DNA of 38,157 nucleotides from a virus (taxonomy: Duplodnaviria > Caudoviricetes). This document shows, piece after piece, positions 18,578 through 26,444 of this stretch. How positions within the stretch are numbered: the stretch's first letter is position 1; each line of letters begins with the position of its first letter. A program made the translations under genes and the position numbers. The notes below the pieces were generated by a model, which had not been told where the DNA came from, made no database searches, and saw only the letters and a list, made by a program, of their open reading frames with translations. The stretch spans positions 1 to 38,157 of the IMG/VR virus record IMGVR_UViG_3300002307_000010; one strand, given 5' to 3'.

Positions 18578-18881
18578 ACTACTCCTGAAAAAGTAATTTG
18601 TTGCACAGGTGATAAAAATGAATATCGCAACAAAAAACATTAAAATAATTCTTTTATCGATAAAATCATTTTCTACTTTATGTTGCAATCATAGTAAAAA
18701 ACGAAAACAATATCAAAACAGTGTTGCTTAGATATGATTATTCTTTACCGTTTGTATAATATATGTTATTATTTTAACAAGTAATTACACAACAGAATTT
18801 TTCATAAGGAGTTGGGAATGTTTTAACCACAACATTTTTTTAGTGTTCGTTTAATATTAGTTTTACAGTATAGGGATTTTT

Positions 18882-19478
18882 ATGAAGAAGATTTTAGGTC
18901 TATTATTAGTTACATCGTCTATTTTTTCAATGCAATTACAACTCACCGATAAGCGTCATAATTTTCAAGAGAAGTTATATAGGCAAGACATTCTGAAACA
19001 TGCTGATATACAGAAGGTATCAACATCAGTATTTGTTCCGCATGCATTAGGATCAGCTCAACTTTATCATGGTCCAAAAGGCTTCTATGTGCACCATGAT
19101 AATAAAATGAAGCGTATTCAGAAGTGTTTTACTGATCCAGTCATTCGCAATATTACATCACAACAAGCAAATGACTTTCATACAGTTGGACATTTTCATC
19201 TTACTCAAATGAATGATGGTGAATATTCACTCAAAGCTAAACCACGTCTCATTGGTGGTGGTGCGGGTGGCGCAACGGTGGGATTCTATGTAGGTAAATT
19301 TGCAACATATTTTGTGTGTCATGGTGCAATTATCGTAGTTTCTGCTCTTACTGGGCCAGCTGCTGGTGCTACTTTTGCAGGTTTAGAAGCATGTTTTGCA
19401 CCACATATAGAATTAGCAAGCCAAGCAACGTCTCTTGCTGGTGGAATAATTGGTGCCGTGGCAACTGGTCCTGTATGA
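18882..19478 (+). CDS. Secreted protein with RLxGG motif and hydrophobic Gly/Ala C-terminus (moron; toxin/bacteriocin-like)
   Basis: Signal peptide MKKILGLLLVTSSIFS; KPRLIGGG followed by a glycine-zipper/hydrophobic tail; opposite strand to the late operon, with TG-TATAAT near 18750 upstream. Confidence 0.6.
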   Translation: MKKILGLLLVTSSIFSMQLQLTDKRHNFQEKLYRQDILKHADIQKVSTSVFVPHALGSAQLYHGPKGFYVHHDNKMKRIQKCFTDPVIRNITSQQANDFHTVGHFHLTQMNDGEYSLKAKPRLIGGGAGGATVGFYVGKFATYFVCHGAIIVVSALTGPAAGATFAGLEACFAPHIELASQATSLAGGIIGAVATGPV

Positions 19479-19627
19479 TCCACTTAAGGATTAATCCAAT
19501 ATGGTACTATTATATGCATTACATGTTTGGATCAAATGATCATATATATATTCTAGCTATAATGGTATCAATCACAGCACTTTTCATGTTATTTTTTCTT
19601 ATATGGATAGGTTACTTTAAAAAATAG
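19475..19627 (+). CDS. 50-aa membrane protein, candidate immunity partner
   Basis: ATGA overlap with the upstream stop; MIHLRINPIW...YILAIMVSITALFMLFFLIWIGYFKK. Confidence 0.55.
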   Translation: MIHLRINPIWYYYMHYMFGSNDHIYILAIMVSITALFMLFFLIWIGYFKK

Positions 19628-19642
19628 ATAGTCTATAAAGCA

Positions 19643-19670
19643 ATATCCCCCTACTTAGTTAGGGGGATAT
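19643..19670. terminator. Hairpin between convergent genes
   Basis: ATATCCCCCTA/TAGGGGGATAT 11-bp perfect stem. Confidence 0.7.
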
Positions 19671-19722
19671 CAGTAGAGTAGTTGTTCAAGGAGTTGGTTC
19701 AAACAACAATCATTTATCAAAT

Positions 19723-19884
19723 CTAAGGACGAATTCTATTCTTATGTTGGGCTCGTGCAACCCTTATCTTAAAGAGTCTAAGCTTTTCATCTTGAGCCAG
19801 TTCTTCTTTGGTCTTTTGTGGAATGTCTTGTGATGGTTCAACAGTAGTATTAACTGATTGATTAACATTTAATTCATCAAACAT
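19723..19884 (-). CDS. 53-aa protein sharing RBS and N-terminus with the scaffold gene
   Basis: aggagaatgtATGTTTGA(T/C)GAA(T/C)TAAAT occurs at both genes; both start MFDELN. Confidence 0.6.
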   Translation of the reverse strand: MFDELNVNQSVNTTVEPSQDIPQKTKEELAQDEKLRLFKIRVARAQHKNRIRP

Positions 19885-19898
19885 ACATTCTCCTATTA

Positions 19899-20000
19899 TT
19901 AAGGGCAATCATGACCATGTCCGCATTTAGCGCATTTTTTCATATTACCTTTTTTATCTTTCTTGTCCATTTTTTTTTCTTTTTTTTCCATCTTCTTCAT
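19899..20000 (-). CDS. 33-aa Lys/Met-rich peptide with CxxC..H..C tail (not in ORF track)
   Basis: MKKMEKKEKKMDKKDKKGNMKKCAKCGHGHDCP; RBS AAGGA. Confidence 0.6.
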   Translation of the reverse strand: MKKMEKKEKKMDKKDKKGNMKKCAKCGHGHDCP

Positions 20001-20009
20001 ACTATTCCT

Positions 20010-20318
20010 TTAACGAATCATAACATGTTCACGTTCTTGTTTCTTCTTTTTTAACCCGGGATATTTTCTATATACCTTTTCCCTGATACCTTCTGGATTC
20101 TCAGCAAAGTGAGCTCTAGCTAATGCATTTCGAGCCCTAGCCATGGTATTGATAGGGAAACTATATTTAGATGAACCACCAGCTGCCCCGGCAAAGTCTT
20201 TAGGACTGACAGTCTTATACTTGCCAGCATTTGATGATCCTTTTTTGCTTCGCATCTCTTCTTCTTTACCTCGAGATACTTTAACACCTTTAGCAACTGT
20301 TACGTCTTTTTTAGCCAT
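20010..20318 (-). CDS. Small basic phage protein
   Basis: Lys-rich; FAG..GG..YSFPI...RARNALARA motif. Confidence 0.7.
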   Translation of the reverse strand: MAKKDVTVAKGVKVSRGKEEEMRSKKGSSNAGKYKTVSPKDFAGAAGGSSKYSFPINTMARARNALARAHFAENPEGIREKVYRKYPGLKKKKQEREHVMIR

Positions 20319-20379
20319 AATGATCCTTAATTAACCATGATTTTCAACCAATTCGTGACATTTTGTCACGGACTGAATT

Positions 20380-20529
20380 TTACTGTGCAGTTGAAGAATC
20401 ACGGAACCATTCCTGTTTCTTTTCCTGAGATATATGGCGTTGATTCTGTTGTTGTTTATCTTTAGGTACTTTAAGTATCTTATACGCCAATTTAGCGCAT
20501 TCATCGTTAGGGCGTGGTGCTCCTGGCAT
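20380..20529 (-). CDS. 49-aa hypothetical protein (not in ORF track)
   Basis: MPGAPRPNDECAKLAYKILKVP...; RBS AGGAG. Confidence 0.6.
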   Translation of the reverse strand: MPGAPRPNDECAKLAYKILKVPKDKQQQNQRHISQEKKQEWFRDSSTAQ

Positions 20530-20537
20530 ATCAGCTC

Positions 20538-20807
20538 CTAGTATTTGTTTGGACTGATGATCTTACGCATATCAGAGTTATCTTTACTCATCTGCTTTTG
20601 TGCGCCTTCAAATAGATCTTCACCCAACATAGACATAGGACTCATTGGTGTTTCAGGCCAGTACTTATCCATAACATGACGAGGCATATTAGCAGGTGCA
20701 GACATATCTTCGCTGAAATCCATGCCATAATCTCTCCGACTAATTCTATTGCCGTCACGTGTAACATCGCGCATCATTTCTTTTGAGTGATGACGTTTTT
20801 TTGCCAT
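20538..20807 (-). CDS. Met-rich small protein downstream of portal
   Basis: AAGGAG RBS; ED.SAPANMP motif. Confidence 0.7.
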   Translation of the reverse strand: MAKKRHHSKEMMRDVTRDGNRISRRDYGMDFSEDMSAPANMPRHVMDKYWPETPMSPMSMLGEDLFEGAQKQMSKDNSDMRKIISPNKY

Positions 20808-20879
20808 ATCGGCTCCTTCGTTAGAAACTGCGGTCTGGTGTACTACATCGCACCATATAACCGCAAGGTTGCCCTCTTT

Positions 20880-22949
20880 CTATGCCGGCCCAGAACTATT
20901 CTGTGTCGGTTGAGGATTATTGGTAATAGTAGGATTATTTACTTTATCTTCTTTTACTTGTTCTTGTGCTTTAAGCATCTGTTGAATAGATACTATCTGT
21001 TGTAGATGGGTAATGTCTATATTCTCTATTTCTTTCATCGCTCTGACAAAGTTAAGGAGTGCCATGTTATCATCAGCAACTGCTTTAGCACGACGTTCAA
21101 CACCAAGCGCCTTATTCTCATCAACACGACTCACACGTTCAAGGCCAAGTCCTTCATCAGATATAGCACGTGATTGAGCCAATTGAATGCGTGACTGAGC
21201 TTCTTGCATCTGCATTTGAAGTTGTTGTTGTTGAATTTGCTGTGCCTGTTGTTTTTCTTGTTCCATTTGTTGCAATATCTTGTCTTTGTTCTGAATAGTT
21301 GCTGTCTCAAGCAATGCTGAATCGGGTATTTGAATACCCATCTCTCTCAATTGTACAAGTTGCGCAAACTGCATTTGACGTTGTGATTCTGTATTGAATC
21401 CTTCTTCAATCATACAATGATACTCACCAAATGCCTTATTATAGAATAATGGTGCAGGTTCTTCCCCTTCAAGGAACTTCTTAATCTTTCCTGGGGTATA
21501 ATTATTCTGTACCATCTTCATTATCAGATTACCAAGCCAGTTCTGTGAATCATTAAGTTTATCAAATATAGGTTGCAACGTAGTAAGTCCAGCTCCTTGC
21601 CGTAGTGCAGATAATATACCTGCTTTATCATCAAGTGCTGAACCCATAAGCTCTTCATTAATACCAGATACTAAGTTCATCTCTTTAGAGAATGTATCTT
21701 GTAAGTTAAAGAAGTATTGGGGGATGTTCGGTGGTGATATCTGTTGTATGTCAGTCATTTGTGCATCCTCCTTTAAGGGAATCACACGTCCTTGACCTGT
21801 TTGAAAGAGATGTTTAACATCTATTACAGAATTTTCTTTAAATATCCAACCACTATTAACAACTGATTCAGCGGCATCTGCAGAGAGTATTACACGTCTA
21901 TTGAATAATATTTGGGGATCTCTGAGAGAACGGCATATCCCTTGTATACGGCTATAAAAGTATGGCATCATGGGATTATAATAACCCAGCACAGGAACAA
22001 AAGGATATATATCGATACCATAGGGATTAGGACCATCATAAAATACTTTATCTTGTATCAATATAGCCATACGAACAGTAGGAATAGTCTGTTCCTTATA
22101 CATTATTTGAGGATATTGCTTGAGAAATGCTTTAATTTCTTCCGCAGTTTCGCTAAGTATCTCAACTTTTTCACCAGTATTTCTGTCGTAAAGTAACTTT
22201 TGTTTCCTATAGTCACGATAGTAATACTCATCATAAGAAAGTCTGTTCTGTTGAGTCATGCCATAACTTTCTGGCATGTATTGGAAACGACCATCTCTTC
22301 CAGTACCAGTGGGATTACCGGGAAGCGCCATAATCTCTTCGTAGCGGTCTGGCATTAAATTAGCTGCTGCAGTGTGGGATAAATAGGATCTCCTCCACAC
22401 AAAGGAACAATCAGAGAGATCTGGCTTACGGAAATAGGGATCAATGAAAAAGGTATTATACGCACAGTTATCAACTTTTATATCACCTGATACCCAATCT
22501 TTACTATAGTCCATATAGACATGAAGCAAGTTCATTCCACTAATACATGCACCTTGATGGAACGCATCGGATATAGTCGCGTATACACCTTCACGTTTGT
22601 ATATACTCAAGAGAATCTTAGTCCATTGATCAGCAGTGGCATTGTCACCATTCTCTAAGGGAGCGACAATGGTAGATTTTCTATTACGCCGTTGATGGCC
22701 GGATACCATGTTACACAGTGGCCTAACACGATTAAAAAACCATGAACCACCATTGTTATTAGGCAGCGTGGTATTGAGTTCTGCCATAAGTGATGTATCA
22801 CCTGATTCAAGACGTGTATCAATAGCAGCTTCAGTCCAATATATCTGCCAAATAGACTGATTAGCATCATAATCAGAGTCTATTTTCTTTTTAATAGCAT
22901 CATAACCATTAGAAAGTGAATCAATTGAATCCGTTTGCCTCATTAACAT
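20880..22949 (-). CDS. Portal protein (podovirus P22/N4-like)
   Basis: FNRVRPLCNMVSG, FFIDP....DLSD, YPFVP, L.DPQ...NRR motifs and a Gln-rich C-terminal barrel; follows TerL. Confidence 0.9.
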   Translation of the reverse strand: MLMRQTDSIDSLSNGYDAIKKKIDSDYDANQSIWQIYWTEAAIDTRLESGDTSLMAELNTTLPNNNGGSWFFNRVRPLCNMVSGHQRRNRKSTIVAPLENGDNATADQWTKILLSIYKREGVYATISDAFHQGACISGMNLLHVYMDYSKDWVSGDIKVDNCAYNTFFIDPYFRKPDLSDCSFVWRRSYLSHTAAANLMPDRYEEIMALPGNPTGTGRDGRFQYMPESYGMTQQNRLSYDEYYYRDYRKQKLLYDRNTGEKVEILSETAEEIKAFLKQYPQIMYKEQTIPTVRMAILIQDKVFYDGPNPYGIDIYPFVPVLGYYNPMMPYFYSRIQGICRSLRDPQILFNRRVILSADAAESVVNSGWIFKENSVIDVKHLFQTGQGRVIPLKEDAQMTDIQQISPPNIPQYFFNLQDTFSKEMNLVSGINEELMGSALDDKAGILSALRQGAGLTTLQPIFDKLNDSQNWLGNLIMKMVQNNYTPGKIKKFLEGEEPAPLFYNKAFGEYHCMIEEGFNTESQRQMQFAQLVQLREMGIQIPDSALLETATIQNKDKILQQMEQEKQQAQQIQQQQLQMQMQEAQSRIQLAQSRAISDEGLGLERVSRVDENKALGVERRAKAVADDNMALLNFVRAMKEIENIDITHLQQIVSIQQMLKAQEQVKEDKVNNPTITNNPQPTQNSSGPA

Positions 22950-22976
22950 ATTTTTTACCTCTTACTAAAACTCCTG

Positions 22977-22992
22977 GTGGGTCTAGACCCAC
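22977..22992. promoter_or_regulatory. 16-bp perfect palindrome in the portal leader
   Basis: GTGGGTCTAGACCCAC; further GTCTA copies at about 23006 and 23018. Confidence 0.45.
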
Positions 22993-23052
22993 TATTTTTA
23001 TCAGAGTCTAGAAAGAAGTCTATTATGTTTTGTTACCAATAACCAATACTTC

Positions 23053-23394
23053 TTAATCATATAGGAAAATGTACTGTTCCATAATATCTTCGAAATCGCT
23101 GAATTCATTATCATAACGATGTGTATTGAATTCTATCTTACATTCTTGTGTTTTTCTATTAAACCGCATAAAGAAAATACACTCATAAGTTTCTGGATCG
23201 AACGATATAATATCGTGTATCTCAAACCCTTCGAAGGTTTCTTTAGCATAGTTTGATAACTGATCATTGCTCACCATTATCAATTCAATTATCTCTTCAT
23301 CACAATCAATTGGATCATTTCTAAATACGTGAACAAGTGAGTGTGGAAGAATACTACTTGTTATTAATAACATTGAAAGAATAAATTTTTTCAT
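23053..23394 (-). CDS. Acidic secreted protein between terL and portal
   Basis: Signal-peptide-like MKKFILSMLLITSSILP. Confidence 0.6.
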   Translation of the reverse strand: MKKFILSMLLITSSILPHSLVHVFRNDPIDCDEEIIELIMVSNDQLSNYAKETFEGFEIHDIISFDPETYECIFFMRFNRKTQECKIEFNTHRYDNEFSDFEDIMEQYIFLYD

Positions 23395-23397
23395 TAC

Positions 23398-24771
23398 CTA
23401 CCTATTTCTATCATAACGAGGATCATTGTGAAATACATGGGGCAAGTGACTATCACCACTACCATACATCGCTTGAGCTTTTAATCTATCAAATTCTTGG
23501 CCAGACATTCCTTTTTTAGTCTTATGTAGTGCTACGCAGAGATATCTGAGTGCATCCGCATAATGGTTTGCCCATGACTTGACTGGTTTTGGTAGATACA
23601 TCTGCTTCGTCTCATCCCATTCCTTGCGATAGTTCTCAAGAGCATCAATAAGTGATCGACACTTTTCAGCATCTATCCAGAACTTGTTGAAGTGTGTCCA
23701 TACCGTCTCTATACCATCAATAACCCCAATCTGATCAACAAGAGTAAATGTTATGCCTAACTGTCGTGCTTTCTCATATCGTGTCACTGCGCCACCTCCC
23801 CATTCGCGTACCTTGATATCGTGAGGTGCAAAGTGCTTAGCATATGTATACGGACGTTCTTGGAGTATCTTAACATAGTGATCTAAGCCAAGATTATTAT
23901 TCGAGTAGCAATCCATGATACGAATAACACTGCCATCACCAACAACGTTAAAAAAGATAATCGTAGTAGCATCGTTAACTCCTATATCCCATACCGTATA
24001 TGTTAATAACCCTGGTTCCCATGGTACATGTCCTATCTGTCCACGCAATTTAAGTGCATCCAAATGAGCACCATAAAAGCTTCCTGATATACCGCGATCA
24101 AACGAACATTCATACTCTTGGAGGAAAGTCCCTTCATCCATCTGAGAGCGTTCTTGTGCTAATACTTCAGTAGGTATATGCCCTATCTCTGATGCCTTAT
24201 GATTGAATATAGTCCACTCAGGTAACTCTTGAGCAATCTTCCATAGTGAGAAGAAGTGATTCTTACCACGAGGTGTACCAAGGATCGCACACCATCCTCC
24301 ATTTGCTGCGAGAATAGGGCGTATGAATGAGAATATGTCTGGTGGCATTAATGCATACTCAGATAATATAACAGCGTAAGGATTGGTTCCTACAAGGGAA
24401 GAATCGTATGTATCACCACCGATGATCTGCAATATAGATCCATTCTTGAAGCGTACTTTCATATCAGCCTGGTTGATTGAATCAACAATCATCTCAGGAA
24501 GGTAATCCAGGAATCGTGTACCATCAATTGCAATAGCATCCCACAGAGCTTTACGTCCTTGTCCATAGGTAGGCAGTACGTAGAATACTAGACATACTCT
24601 CTTAATGCATTGGCGAATGGCAAGATTCCAAAAGAGGATATCTTTACCTGCTCGGCGTGATGCTATGTAAAGAATCCGCTTAGATTTCTTCTCTTCAATG
24701 GTGTCCCAAATTTCTTCTTGGTACCACCGCAGTGAGAAACGATCCAGCGCCACTTGTACTTCTACATTCAT
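23398..24771 (-). CDS. terL: Terminase large subunit
   Basis: Walker A SRRAGKD, Walker B VILSE, GTPRGKNHF, QEYECSF, WDIG..D, PHD, H.ADALRY. Confidence 0.95.
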   Translation of the reverse strand: MNVEVQVALDRFSLRWYQEEIWDTIEEKKSKRILYIASRRAGKDILFWNLAIRQCIKRVCLVFYVLPTYGQGRKALWDAIAIDGTRFLDYLPEMIVDSINQADMKVRFKNGSILQIIGGDTYDSSLVGTNPYAVILSEYALMPPDIFSFIRPILAANGGWCAILGTPRGKNHFFSLWKIAQELPEWTIFNHKASEIGHIPTEVLAQERSQMDEGTFLQEYECSFDRGISGSFYGAHLDALKLRGQIGHVPWEPGLLTYTVWDIGVNDATTIIFFNVVGDGSVIRIMDCYSNNNLGLDHYVKILQERPYTYAKHFAPHDIKVREWGGGAVTRYEKARQLGITFTLVDQIGVIDGIETVWTHFNKFWIDAEKCRSLIDALENYRKEWDETKQMYLPKPVKSWANHYADALRYLCVALHKTKKGMSGQEFDRLKAQAMYGSGDSHLPHVFHNDPRYDRNR

Positions 24772-24975
24772 TTATTCACATACCTCAGTAACACCAATCA
24801 CACAACGCTTACACTGCTGTCCCGTCTCAGACTCCGTACAATCTTTACACTTCATATCTTTCATATCACAAAGCGTTAATAATTCTATGTGGAAGAAGTC
24901 TTTGTACTTTTCATTAACTGATTGCAGCATTGAACGAAGTTCGTTAACAAGTTGTAGCTCTAAATGATCATTCAT
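24772..24975 (-). CDS. Small Zn-finger protein
   Basis: CKDC...CKRC motifs; coupled to neighbours. Confidence 0.6.
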   Translation of the reverse strand: MNDHLELQLVNELRSMLQSVNEKYKDFFHIELLTLCDMKDMKCKDCTESETGQQCKRCVIGVTEVCE

Positions 24976-25532
24976 TGAACTTCCTTATTAGATTTTTTAT
25001 TCCCTAACGCTTCCATTATAGGTTCGCTACACAACACACCTGAAAGTGTCTTAACTTCTTTCTCAGATGATTCTAGACGCTCTTTAAGACTCTTAACTTC
25101 TTGCTCAAGACTAGCTGTATTCTCTTCAAGGTCCCGTATTTTTATACTTTCAGACAGATCCTTCCAAACTTCAGAATGATCACCTTTACAGGTAGTATGT
25201 TTTTCAAGCAATAAGTCTCTTTCCAATTCAGCAATCTTCTGTTCAAGTTCTGTAACCTGATAATTGTTTATTGCTTTGAGTTCTTGAATTTGGTTTAATA
25301 GTTGAATTTCTAATTCATCTTTTTTTTGTAACTTATTAGCGCATGCGAGAGATTCAGATTGTTTAATCATTGCTGTATTCCTCACAGTTTCTTTCAGCTC
25401 AAGGATTTCATTCATGAGCTTACTTACATGGTGTGTAGGATAATCTTTGCATTTAGAACACTCACCATCGCTCAGCATCCATATCAACACTATCCAAAAA
25501 AGGGAACATAGAAGCACAGTAGTTATCACCAT
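24972..25532 (-). CDS. Membrane-anchored coiled-coil protein
   Basis: N-terminal TM segment followed by heptad repeats. Confidence 0.6.
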   Translation of the reverse strand: MVITTVLLCSLFWIVLIWMLSDGECSKCKDYPTHHVSKLMNEILELKETVRNTAMIKQSESLACANKLQKKDELEIQLLNQIQELKAINNYQVTELEQKIAELERDLLLEKHTTCKGDHSEVWKDLSESIKIRDLEENTASLEQEVKSLKERLESSEKEVKTLSGVLCSEPIMEALGNKKSNKEVQ

Positions 25533-26053
25533 TATTTATCCTTAACCTCTTCCAACATCTCTTCCTTACTCACAATTCTCGGCTTAGAATCATTGATCAC
25601 AAATGTATGTGACTGCTTCGCCTCCTCGGTCCTCATATCAGAGTGATACTTATTAACCGCATGCCATTCAGGGTCTAACACATGCATATCTTTATACGCA
25701 TAAGCACCATCAAGTTTCTTGTTCATACTCCCCACTCTCCGATGGCAGGCTACCACAAGCTTGGCATTGTTATACGCTTCTTTAATTTCTGGGTACTTCT
25801 CAATCCATTCCTTCAATGTCATATATGGCAACTTGTATTCTATACAGAATTGCATGATCTCTAATGAGGTCGGTCGTTCACTCCAAACGAGTAAAGTATA
25901 TATTAACTTTTCACGCCATTCGTCCTTGCCAGCGTACACTCCCATCGATTCTTTATCGACAAAATCCCTCCAATTACGACAATTCGACAATTCATTTGCG
26001 TTGCCGCTATACTTTAATGTTTTTTTATTAGTAGTAATTTCTTTTTTAGCCAT
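25532..26053 (-). CDS. terS: Probable terminase small subunit
   Basis: Start MAKKE (26053); HTH-like ..TLKEWIEKYPEIKEAY..AK pattern; upstream of terL. Confidence 0.65.
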   Translation of the reverse strand: MAKKEITTNKKTLKYSGNANELSNCRNWRDFVDKESMGVYAGKDEWREKLIYTLLVWSERPTSLEIMQFCIEYKLPYMTLKEWIEKYPEIKEAYNNAKLVVACHRRVGSMNKKLDGAYAYKDMHVLDPEWHAVNKYHSDMRTEEAKQSHTFVINDSKPRIVSKEEMLEEVKDK

Positions 26054-26057
26054 ACCA

Positions 26058-26444
26058 CTATACCTCAGTAATCTTAAACTCCGTTCTTGGCTCTTTATCA
26101 TACAGTTTTTTTGCTGAAAATGAACAAATCACTCTCTCATTCGCTATTACGATACCTTTTAGAGCATCAAAAAAGAATCTACATAGCTGTTCCATGTAAG
26201 GAGCTTGTGTATGATAGCTTAATGGAGCAGGTTTGACTTTGAGTGGTTTGGGAATGGCGAGATAAAATGTTACATCAATATGGATAGGTTTATCAAAAAA
26301 TGGTTCTTCATTGTGTTGTTGGCTGGTGTATAATCCAAAACAGACCTTATCTTTTGCTTGAGAGTCATATGATCTATCAGCTTTACGCACTACACGTTGC
26401 CAGGCTATTGGTGCTACTTTGACACGATATTCTTTGCTTCTCAC
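26058..26444 (-). CDS. rusA: RusA-like Holliday junction resolvase homologue with degenerate active site
   Basis: PIHIDVTFY..P, L.RF..DAL.G, K.Y..EPRTE.KI fold motifs; PDxDN is replaced by PYMEQ and DD by NE. Confidence 0.75.
   Translation of the reverse strand: MRSKEYRVKVAPIAWQRVVRKADRSYDSQAKDKVCFGLYTSQQHNEEPFFDKPIHIDVTFYLAIPKPLKVKPAPLSYHTQAPYMEQLCRFFFDALKGIVIANERVICSFSAKKLYDKEPRTEFKITEV

Noticed and set aside
19316-19474. Cys/Trp-rich 5' extension of the 103-aa ORF as a RiPP-like peptide
   Set aside because: Alternative frame of the Gly/Ala-rich upstream gene; the likely start is the coupled ATG at 19475.
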